Source of the DNA: Candidatus Caldarchaeales archaeon
Lineage (GTDB): Archaea; Thermoproteota; Nitrososphaeria_A; Caldarchaeales; Calditenuaceae
Length of the DNA stretch: 64,000 bases
NCBI GenBank assembly: GCA_039630085.1
Contig: JBCNVM010000001.1
Location: 30,768-94,767, forward strand
Direction of reading: 5' to 3'
This document shows positions 1 to 6,810 of the stretch, piece after piece. The notes beneath the pieces are model-generated. The model was not told the origin of the DNA. It worked only from the letters and a program-made list of their open reading frames with translations, and searched no databases. Each line of letters starts with the position of its first letter. Positions within the stretch are counted from its first letter, which is position 1. Made by a program: the position numbers and the translations under genes.

Positions 1-46
1 GGGCAGGTGGGCTGAGACGGTCCTCGTCAGGCCGAACTACGTCAGG

Positions 47-376
47 ATGAAGAAGTCCCCCGAGGCCTTCAGGGAGCTCCCGGAGAGAGTGGTCGTTCCG
101 GAGACTGCAGTGAACCCGGTCAAGCACCTCCCGGAGGTCGTCAAGAGGATCCTCTTCACCGACAGGCCCAGCGATTACTACGTGAGAGGCCTCGCGGTCG
201 ACGAGTGGAGGTTCAACGGCGTCACCCCGAACCCGATCCAGTACGGCGACGAGTCCCTCGGCGACTGGCCGATGGTCTCGTGGATCGGCGCCGGTCAGGC
301 CTACTTCTTCAACCCCGTGAGGATCGTGAAGACCGGGAAGACCGCGAAGATGTCCGCGCACCAGATCGTGTGGTGA
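47..376 (+). CDS. hypothetical protein; may be the C-terminal end of a gene that starts upstream of the window
   Basis: ORF track 109 aa with protein-like composition. The frame stays open from nt 2 to the first ATG at 47. No family recognised. Confidence 0.4.
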   Translation: MKKSPEAFRELPERVVVPETAVNPVKHLPEVVKRILFTDRPSDYYVRGLAVDEWRFNGVTPNPIQYGDESLGDWPMVSWIGAGQAYFFNPVRIVKTGKTAKMSAHQIVW

Positions 377-408
377 CTCACCCGTAACAGAAATCCGGTG
401 ACCTGTTT

Positions 409-936
409 TTGCTGGATTCCTTTGAGAGGGCGAACCTCTACGTCTCTGTCTTCTCGCTCCTCCAGAGCTTGGCGGAGGGCTCCGACCCGCCCGTTGAGGT
501 TAGGGAGCTCCTAGAGGCCTTGGGGTTAGAGGTGCCAGAGTTCGACAGGGAGGCGGCGAGGGAGCTGGGACGGGTCACGGCGAGGGACGTCCGTGCGGAC
601 GTGCCCGGGGGGCTCAGGAGACACCTCCACCTCCACGTGAAGTCCTTTGCGGAGCGGACGGGGTACGAGGTCCCCGAGCCGGCGGACGGACTGATCAACA
701 TGGCGGCACTCGCGGCGAGGCTCGCGATGGACGCCTTCGCGGCCGAGCCCGAGGACGTGAAGAGGTCCGAGGAGCTGGAGCGGGCGCTGATGAGGTTCCT
801 ACAGACCCACATGCTGCCGGCCCTCGAAAGCCTGAGCGTCCCGGACGCGGGCCTGAGGAGGCTGATCGGTGAGGTCGTCGCATTGATCAGGGCTGACGTG
901 GAAGACCTGAAGGCGAAGTTCGCGGCGCAGAGCTAG
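409..936 (+). CDS. hypothetical protein (175 aa, acidic, helical-looking)
   Basis: ORF track; TTG start at 409; host-like GC3-rich codon usage; no recognisable motif. Confidence 0.45.
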   Translation: MLDSFERANLYVSVFSLLQSLAEGSDPPVEVRELLEALGLEVPEFDREAARELGRVTARDVRADVPGGLRRHLHLHVKSFAERTGYEVPEPADGLINMAALAARLAMDAFAAEPEDVKRSEELERALMRFLQTHMLPALESLSVPDAGLRRLIGEVVALIRADVEDLKAKFAAQS

Positions 937-941
937 ATTGA

Positions 942-1039
942 TGGACCGGGCGGGACTCGAACCCGCGACCTCTCCCGGGCGAGCTCTGTGCCCGCCACCC
1001 GGGTGCAAACCGGGCGATCTGCCGCTGATCTACCGGCCC
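942..1039 (-). tRNA. tRNA-Ala(UGC) with a ~26-nt intervening sequence downstream of the anticodon arm
   Basis: Minus-strand read: GGGCCGG-TA-GATC..GATC-G-CCCGG-TTTGCAC-CCGGG-[~26 nt]-..GGTC-GCGGG-TTCGAGT-CCCGC-CCGGTCC-A. The G3:U70 alanine identity pair is present. Total 98 nt; CCA is not encoded. Confidence 0.85.
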
Positions 1040-1089
1040 TCGGACCGGACTTCATGAGCTCTCAATTTAGGTTTCGCGAACCGCAGCCC

Positions 1090-2532
1090 TCACGAGTGCC
1101 TCCTCAGGTACCTCTCGATCAGGAACTTACTCTTCAGGGACTCCTCGGACATCCTCCTCACCTTCCCGTAGATCCTCGACTCGGCGAAGGGCCTGTCGAA
1201 GGCGCCGAAGCACCAGCTTATCCCAAGGTAGCTGTTCGGGTCGACGCCGTCGAGCGCGTACCTGTCGTTGAGGTAGACGGCGTACTCGAACGCGGTCCTG
1301 GGGTCCTCGGTCCACTCGATCAGCCTCTTGCACCAGTACATCCGCATGTAGTTGTGGATCTTCCCGGTCCTCAGGAGCTCCCTCTGGGCCGCGTTCCAGT
1401 ACCTGTCGTGAGTCTGGGCTCTCTCCAGCTCCTCGAGACTGTAAACGTGCTCGCGCCTGTCTGAGGCGTGCTCCTCGAGCGTCCCCCTCGCCCAAGCGGG
1501 GAGGCCCTCGAACTTCCCGAAATCGGGGTTGTGGACCGCCGCGTTCCTAGCGAGCTCCCTCCAGACTACTAGCTCGTCGATAAGCCTGCTCACGTTGGCG
1601 TCGTCCGGACCGAAGGACTTCAGGGCCTCCCGGAGCACTTGGACCGGCGAGATCATCCCCCACCTGAGGTAAGGGCTGAGCTCCGACGTCGCGTCCGCGC
1701 CGGGGTCAGACCTCTTCTCCGCGTAGAACTTCAGCCTTTCCCGCACGAAGACGTCGAGCCGCCGCAGAGCTTCGTCCTCGCCGCCGACGTAGTAGTCGAC
1801 CGGAGGGACGGTCACGTCAATGTCCAGCCCGTTAAGGTAGCCCTCGACCGAGTCCTCGTCCCAGCTCGCGACGTCCATATCCAGAGAGGGCACCTTGATC
1901 TCTAGCTGGGGGACATCCTCTAGGAAGCTCTGGAGGTTCTTCAAGATCTTCGGCCTTATGGTCCTCGCGTAAGGCTCGGCCTTCGTGGACGCGACTCCGA
2001 CCGGGACTACGACATCTCCCTCGACCATCGCGACCGGTGACTCGGCCCCCTCGACCGCTTCCCTCAGGAACCTCCTCTGGTGCGGGAGGTAGGGCGAATC
2101 CAGCACGACCATGCACGACTCCTCGATCAGGGGGACGAAGTCGGAGTTCCTCCTGACCACCAGCTTGATCCCCCTTCGGGCGAGGGAGCTCCTGAGCTTG
2201 ATCATCCCCTCGAGCATGAACCTGAACCTCCTCAGGTTGGGGTGGGGCTTCCTCTCGATCAGCGGGAACACGACCAGCAGGGGCCTCCGGAGCCCATTGG
2301 CTGCGTAGACCGCGTACTCCAGCGCGTAGTTGTGAACAGACCTGTGGGAGGCGTACATCAGGTACGTCACGAACTCGCCCCGTGCCCCTCCTTCACCCGG
2401 CTTGAGCGAGTGGACCCGCTCCGGCCTGATGAAGCTCGGAGGAGGCAGCACGCGAGTCACTCGGAGCCTCCGCAATAAATCCACGACTCGTGCGCTGAGC
2501 TTGAATTCGGCGGAATAGAACGCAGAGCGCAT
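1090..2532 (-). CDS. phr: deoxyribodipyrimidine (CPD) photolyase, class II
   Basis: 480 aa. The C-terminal block YWNAAQRELLRTGKIHNYMRMYWCKRLIEW...SYLGISWCFG and the N-terminal alpha/beta domain are typical of class II photolyases. Confidence 0.9.
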   Translation of the reverse strand: MRSAFYSAEFKLSARVVDLLRRLRVTRVLPPPSFIRPERVHSLKPGEGGARGEFVTYLMYASHRSVHNYALEYAVYAANGLRRPLLVVFPLIERKPHPNLRRFRFMLEGMIKLRSSLARRGIKLVVRRNSDFVPLIEESCMVVLDSPYLPHQRRFLREAVEGAESPVAMVEGDVVVPVGVASTKAEPYARTIRPKILKNLQSFLEDVPQLEIKVPSLDMDVASWDEDSVEGYLNGLDIDVTVPPVDYYVGGEDEALRRLDVFVRERLKFYAEKRSDPGADATSELSPYLRWGMISPVQVLREALKSFGPDDANVSRLIDELVVWRELARNAAVHNPDFGKFEGLPAWARGTLEEHASDRREHVYSLEELERAQTHDRYWNAAQRELLRTGKIHNYMRMYWCKRLIEWTEDPRTAFEYAVYLNDRYALDGVDPNSYLGISWCFGAFDRPFAESRIYGKVRRMSEESLKSKFLIERYLRRHS

Positions 2533-2712
2533 GACTTCCTTAAGAGGAAAATTGTTAGTTTTTGCTATTCGTCGGTTCTGAGCACAACACTTTTGATTGA
2601 ATAATTATGACTGGTCAGGTACAAATCATGTATGACGTGAACGTAGAACTCCTTCGGACTTTTGTTGTCAACGAGTCTTGCCAATAATTATCACTGAGGA
2701 ATAGCGATACCA

Positions 2713-3543
2713 TTATACGATATAAGCAAGCTCGCCGCTTTTGAACTTCTTCCTTATCAGTTCTTTATCACAGATGTTCGAAATCACCTCACCAACTGAG
2801 TTATAAAGATTATAAGTCGTCATTAGCTGAACAAACCTAAAGCGAGATCTTACCGCGTTTAACACATCGTTGGAAAATGGTGAGTCCCTTTCACGAGGTG
2901 GGTGCGACCTAAAGTGGTTAACCATCAGTATGGGTACAAGATTATCCTCACCTGTTTCGTCTAACTTTCTAAGGTAATGATCTACAACCTGTCTAAGATC
3001 ACGTATGTTTGCCCATCTTTCCAACCCTTTCACTTCAATTATTGCAAAATAGTCCCCATCTCTGACTTCGAGATCGTGGATACCTTCTATTTCTGTAGGT
3101 TCAACTTTAAAACCTAAAAAATCTAGAGTGAAAGCTACAGCATCAACAAGTTCATAACCACTGGATGTTAAAAGAAGTTCGAATTTTTCATAGATTTCGA
3201 GCTCGCGATTTAACTTCTTTATTTGATCTTCTAAATTCTTCTTTTGTGGAAAAGAGTATTCTGATATCCACGTTGGTCTTGTAGATTTTTTAGAAAGATT
3301 TTCAACCATATACGCTGGTGCTACCAGTTTAAGTTTTCTTCGTTGATCAAAAACTACTTTTAGCCTAGATTCATTTATTAGATGATTTACATAACGAAGT
3401 ACCTCATTACGTGTCATATCGCCCTTCAAGTTCTCGTGGATCATTGGTATAGTACAAAATTTTTTATATTTATCAATGTATTCTTCTATAATATTATAAA
3501 TTTTATCAGCCTTCTGCGGGTCTATTTCTTTGCGTTTTGGCAT
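2713..3543 (-). CDS. wHTH / coiled-coil / Mrr-like restriction-endonuclease-fold (PD-(D/E)xK) protein
   Basis: 276 aa. N-terminal winged-helix-like segment (TRNEVLRYVNHLINESRLKVV). Heptad-like middle (LEDQIKKLNRELEIYEKFE). C-terminal YELVDAVAFTLDFLGFKV..GIHDLEV..YFAIIEVKG resembles the Mrr_cat D...ExK core. Confidence 0.6.
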   Translation of the reverse strand: MPKRKEIDPQKADKIYNIIEEYIDKYKKFCTIPMIHENLKGDMTRNEVLRYVNHLINESRLKVVFDQRRKLKLVAPAYMVENLSKKSTRPTWISEYSFPQKKNLEDQIKKLNRELEIYEKFELLLTSSGYELVDAVAFTLDFLGFKVEPTEIEGIHDLEVRDGDYFAIIEVKGLERWANIRDLRQVVDHYLRKLDETGEDNLVPILMVNHFRSHPPRERDSPFSNDVLNAVRSRFRFVQLMTTYNLYNSVGEVISNICDKELIRKKFKSGELAYIV

Positions 3544-3573
3544 GGCTATTGTTCAACTTTAATTTTCCTTTGA

Positions 3574-3861
3574 TTACTTTGGGTTTTTTTTCGCGATTAG
3601 TTTCCTTCCTCGTCTTGCCCTAGTTAATGCTACATTTACAGTATTGTTGGTAGTCCCTAATATTTTCGCTATCTCCTTAGGTGTTAGCCCCAATCGAGAG
3701 AGGAGTTCGATTTTCTCTTGTTGATTGAACTCCATAGGAAGAGAAATAGCTAGCAAACTTATGATTGTATTTAATCTAATTGTTAGTTCTTGGAATTCGA
3801 CCTTGAGCATCTCAGTTAATTCAATTGATTTCGTGACCTTTTCCACCTTCATCGAGCTCAC
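3574..3861 (-). CDS. small HTH DNA-binding protein (island gene)
   Basis: 95 aa; C-terminal HTH LSRLGLTPKEIAKILGTTNNTVNVALTRARR followed by a basic tail; AT-rich codon usage. Confidence 0.55.
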   Translation of the reverse strand: MSSMKVEKVTKSIELTEMLKVEFQELTIRLNTIISLLAISLPMEFNQQEKIELLSRLGLTPKEIAKILGTTNNTVNVALTRARRGRKLIAKKNPK

Positions 3862-4261
3862 CCTTTAGACTGAAGTTATCTCTAAGTGAGTATTCCTTCA
3901 TCTTAAGCTTTTGTGTTTTTCGGTTCTTCTTTAAATTTGAGATGTTAATACCTAACTCCTCTAATTTAAATAATGACCTCTCTTTACGTCCCTCACTTAT
4001 CGCTAATCGGTTCTCCACAAATTTTTTCACCCATCCCGTCACAGTGCGCCTTGGAATGCCAGTCATTTTAGAGATTTCAAGGTCTGAACGGTTACCGTCA
4101 AGATTGTTGTAAACTACGGCTTTTTCATAAGTGTCAATCACCTTCTTGGCGTTGTCGGAAACGATTGAAGCTGCAATTATGCGAGTATATACTAGTAACT
4201 GATTGAGAGCTTCCTCTATTCTCTTCTCGGAATTTTTCCCCTGTTTGTCCGATCTCTTCAT
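3821..4261 (-). CDS. HTH DNA-binding protein (island gene; transposase/resolvase-type HTH)
   Basis: 146 aa; HTH SDLEISKMTGIPRRTVTGWVKKF. Its layout (N-terminal helix then HTH) parallels the 95-aa neighbour. It overlaps the next gene by 41 nt. Confidence 0.55.
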   Translation of the reverse strand: MKRSDKQGKNSEKRIEEALNQLLVYTRIIAASIVSDNAKKVIDTYEKAVVYNNLDGNRSDLEISKMTGIPRRTVTGWVKKFVENRLAISEGRKERSLFKLEELGINISNLKKNRKTQKLKMKEYSLRDNFSLKGELDEGGKGHEIN

Positions 4262-4378
4262 GCTCTTTCGTTACTTGATATTTCTCACTTTCAACGTTTT
4301 TGTTGACCAATTGATTAGAGCCCGCATTTACAATACATCAAAGACACTAAAATCATAGAGGGCATCTACGATATAGTT

Positions 4379-4406
4379 GTGCAATTTTATCTTTAAATAA
4401 TTGCAC
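4379..4406. repeat. perfect 8-bp inverted repeat GTGCAATT-N12-AATTGCAC upstream of the island cassette
   Basis: Read directly: 4379-4386 gtgcaatt and 4399-4406 aattgcac. It lies ~120 nt upstream of the start at 4261. Confidence 0.6.
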
Positions 4407-4596
4407 TAACACATTGAGATATAGTCGATTTTTCATTACAAACAGTATTTGGCCATTAGATATCAAAAGTATTTGGTCGAATAAAGTTGATATGTATCTG
4501 CCGTCCGCGTTCCGTGTCTTAATTAAGTCTCTATGCGAGGTCTTAGGTTTCATTAACTACCTCACTTCCCGTTTGGACACCAATTAAAACGTGGCA

Positions 4597-4671
4597 TGCC
4601 CCGGCCGGGATTTGAACCCGGGTCTCGGGCTCGAGAGGCCCGCATACTTGACCGGGCTATACTACCGGGGC
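4597..4671 (-). tRNA. tRNA-Glu(CUC)
   Basis: Minus-strand read: GCCCCGG-TA-GTAT..GTAT-G-CGGGC-CTCTCGA-GCCCG-AGAC-CCGGG-TTCAAAT-CCCGG-CCGGGGC-A. 75 nt; CCA not encoded. Confidence 0.9.
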
Positions 4672-4832
4672 CTCCGCAGACTTTGTGATCAGTGTCATCT
4701 ATTAGCGCTTTCCTTCCCTGGGTACGTCCAGTTCACCCCGGGACTGAACAGGGGCGCGTGAAGCTAACGGGGCGACGAAGGTGCATCAGGGAAAGAGGGC
4801 GGACGTTCAGGTCGCGGAGCTCGGCTATCTGC

Positions 4833-5996
4833 TCACCCGGCCCTGATCTCGACGACGTCGCCGTCGGAGAGGACGTGGTCCGGACCGACCCTCTGGCCTT
4901 GGACCTTGACCGACCTTCCCCAGACCCTCGCGTACCTGAAGCCCCTCGCGAGGTCCTTGTGGATCAGCTCCGCCAGCTCGATGACCGTCGCGCCCTCGGG
5001 CAGTAGGATCGGCCTGTTCGAGACGACTCCGTCCTTCTGGGTGTAGACTCTGACCAGCGTCAGCGCGCCGAAGACCGCCTCCTTAAGCTCCTCGATCGAG
5101 CGGGGGTCTTTCACGGAGGTGGACACAACCCTCAGTCCCGTGCGGTCCTCCAGCTCCTCGGAGAGCTCTCTGGCCCTCGCGGCGCCGACGAGGTCGGACC
5201 TGTTGAGGGCGACCAGGGCCCTCCTGTAGACCGGCTGGACGATCACCTGCTCCTCGATCTCGTCGAGGGTCGCCTCCCCGATCACCTTCACGACCGCTGA
5301 GCTGTAGCCGTAGGACCTCAGGAGCTCGACGACCTCATCGGCCCTGCAGTGGATCTTCCCCAGAACGACCAGCCTTATCCCGCCGCCGTCGGTCCTCTGT
5401 ACCTTGACGTCGCACCTAGGCCTCCTCAGGGAGATCCCGTGGTCCTCGAGGAGGGACCTGACCGCCTCGAGCTGCGCGAACGGGTCCGAGGCCGCGTCGA
5501 CGACGATCAGGATCAGGTCGCTGTTCCTCGCCACCGAGACGGACCTCCTCGCGAAGGCGGTGGGCCGGAGGTCTTCGGTGAGGACCGGAGGCAGGTCGAC
5601 CACTTGGACCTCCGCGTCCCTGATCAGCGCCATTCCGGGGTAGGGCCTAGTGGTGGTGAGCGGGTAATCGGCGACCGGAGACTTCGCGTTGGTGAGGGCG
5701 TTGAGGAGCGAGGACTTCCCGGAGTTCGCGGGGCCGATGAGCGCCACCTGCGCCCACCCCTCCTTCTCGACGGAGAACTCGTCCCTTCCCCCGGACCTCC
5801 TCGACCTCCTCTCCTCGAGCTCGGACCTGAGTTCCGCAAGCCTCTTTCTTAGCTGCCTCCTCAGCTTCTCCGTGCCCTTGTGGTCCGGTATCAGGCCGAT
5901 CGCCTCCTCGAGCCTCGCGATCTTCTCCTCGATCGTCCTGGCCGAGGAGTACTCCGCGAGCTTCGCCCTCGCCTCCGCCGGGAGGTTCGTGGGCAT
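4833..5996 (-). CDS. DRG/Obg-family GTP-binding protein with a C-terminal TGS domain
   Basis: 387 aa; P-loop GPANSGKSS; G-domain followed by a TGS-like C-terminus (VRVYTQKDG...GDVVEI). Confidence 0.85.
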   Translation of the reverse strand: MPTNLPAEARAKLAEYSSARTIEEKIARLEEAIGLIPDHKGTEKLRRQLRKRLAELRSELEERRSRRSGGRDEFSVEKEGWAQVALIGPANSGKSSLLNALTNAKSPVADYPLTTTRPYPGMALIRDAEVQVVDLPPVLTEDLRPTAFARRSVSVARNSDLILIVVDAASDPFAQLEAVRSLLEDHGISLRRPRCDVKVQRTDGGGIRLVVLGKIHCRADEVVELLRSYGYSSAVVKVIGEATLDEIEEQVIVQPVYRRALVALNRSDLVGAARARELSEELEDRTGLRVVSTSVKDPRSIEELKEAVFGALTLVRVYTQKDGVVSNRPILLPEGATVIELAELIHKDLARGFRYARVWGRSVKVQGQRVGPDHVLSDGDVVEIRAG

Positions 5997-6065
5997 CCGG
6001 TGACCGAGGACGACTCCGCGATTTATCCACGTTGCGCGGGTCGAGCCTGAACGAACCGGCTCAAG

Positions 6066-6073
6066 CTTTTAAG
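6066..6073 (+). promoter_or_regulatory. TATA-like box (CTTTTAAG) for the elf1-rps10 unit
   Basis: AT-rich octamer centred ~28 nt upstream of the TTG start at 6098, implying a leaderless or near-leaderless mRNA. Confidence 0.45.
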
Positions 6074-6097
6074 AAACTCGGGGAGTGATGGCGCGGA

Positions 6098-6505
6098 TTG
6101 GGCAGGCGGAGAAGGAAGATCATCAAGAGGACGCCCAAGCCGTTCCCCAAGGTCTTCTACTGCCCTCTGTGCAACCAGCAGGCGGTCACGGTCGTGAACG
6201 TCAGCGGCTACGTCGCGAGGGTGAGCTGCGGCAACTGCGGCGTCTCGCACGACGTCCCCTGGTACAGGAGCTCGATGCCAGTCGACGCCTACTCCATCTG
6301 GTACGACGTCGTGATGGGCAGGGTCACGGAGGAGGAGGTCGCCCGTAAAATCGAGAGGCTGAAGGCGGTCCATGAGGTGGTCCTAGAGGAGGCCGGAGAG
6401 CTGGCCGAGGAGGTGCCGGTCGAGCCGGTCGAGGATGCCGCAACGGTTGATAAGTCGGACGAGGGCGAGGTGGTCCCGGAAGATGAAGCAGGTCGTCAGG
6501 ATTAA
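6098..6505 (+). CDS. elf1: Elf1-type zinc-ribbon transcription elongation factor homologue with an acidic C-terminal extension
   Basis: MGRRRRKIIKR...FYCPLCN...VSCGNCG...PVDAYSIWYD matches the Elf1 basic N-terminus, the CxxC...CxxC ribbon and the PVDVYSxWxD motif. Confidence 0.8.
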   Translation: MGRRRRKIIKRTPKPFPKVFYCPLCNQQAVTVVNVSGYVARVSCGNCGVSHDVPWYRSSMPVDAYSIWYDVVMGRVTEEEVARKIERLKAVHEVVLEEAGELAEEVPVEPVEDAATVDKSDEGEVVPEDEAGRQD

Positions 6506-6797
6506 GCTGGCGTCGACGGACCTCGAGAGATTGGAGAGCCTCTGTAAGGAGATCAAGGAGATCGCGACGAGGAGCGGTGCGAAGGTGAGGGGACCCACCC
6601 CGCTGCCCACCACCAAGCTCGTGCTTCCGGTCAGGAAGAGCCCCTGCGGCGAGGGGACGAAGACATGGAGGAAGTGGGAGATGAGGGTCCACAAGCGGCT
6701 GATGGACCTCACTATCACAGACCCGCGTGTAATGAGGGAGATAATGAGGATCCAAGTCCCTGAAACTATAGCGATCGAGATGCGGGTTAAAGGCTGA
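6483..6797 (+). CDS. rps10: 30S ribosomal protein S10
   Basis: From the internal ATG at 6483: MKQVVRIKLAS...GPTPLPTTKL...KSPCGEGTKTWRKWEMRVHKRL...RIQVP. It overlaps the elf1 3' end by 23 nt. Confidence 0.93.
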   Translation: MKQVVRIKLASTDLERLESLCKEIKEIATRSGAKVRGPTPLPTTKLVLPVRKSPCGEGTKTWRKWEMRVHKRLMDLTITDPRVMREIMRIQVPETIAIEMRVKG

Positions 6798-6810
6798 AGG
6801 TCCCGGGCTT

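Larger units (their letters stand above)
2533..4596. mobile_element. AT-rich genomic island next to the tRNA-Glu 3' end; possible remnant of an integrated element, with no integrase seen
   Basis: Abrupt switch from GC-rich to AT-rich DNA and from R/E/A/V-rich to K/N/I-rich proteins. The right edge lies ~40 nt from the tRNA-Glu 3' end. Confidence 0.5.

Noticed and set aside
2533-2712. Search for a direct repeat of the tRNA-Glu 3' half (attL/attR) at the left island border, plus a 26-codon ORF at 2607-2687.
   Set aside because: No stretch resembling the tRNA T-arm or acceptor sequence is visible; only trivial 6-mers are shared. The mini-ORF has no support beyond being open.
4353-4553. 66-aa AT-rich ORF next to tRNA-Glu, considered as an SSV-type int(N)/int(C) integrase fragment.
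   Set aside because: An in-frame stop lies immediately upstream, so the ORF does not run into the tRNA/att sequence. There are no recombinase box motifs (no HxxR...Y). It spans the inverted and direct repeats and looks non-coding.
4672-4832. C/D-box sRNA in the spacer between tRNA-Glu and the drg 3' end.
   Set aside because: Only degenerate box-like hexamers (GTGATCA, CTGATGC) occur, at spacings of more than 100 nt. The region is better explained as the tRNA promoter plus a 3' UTR.
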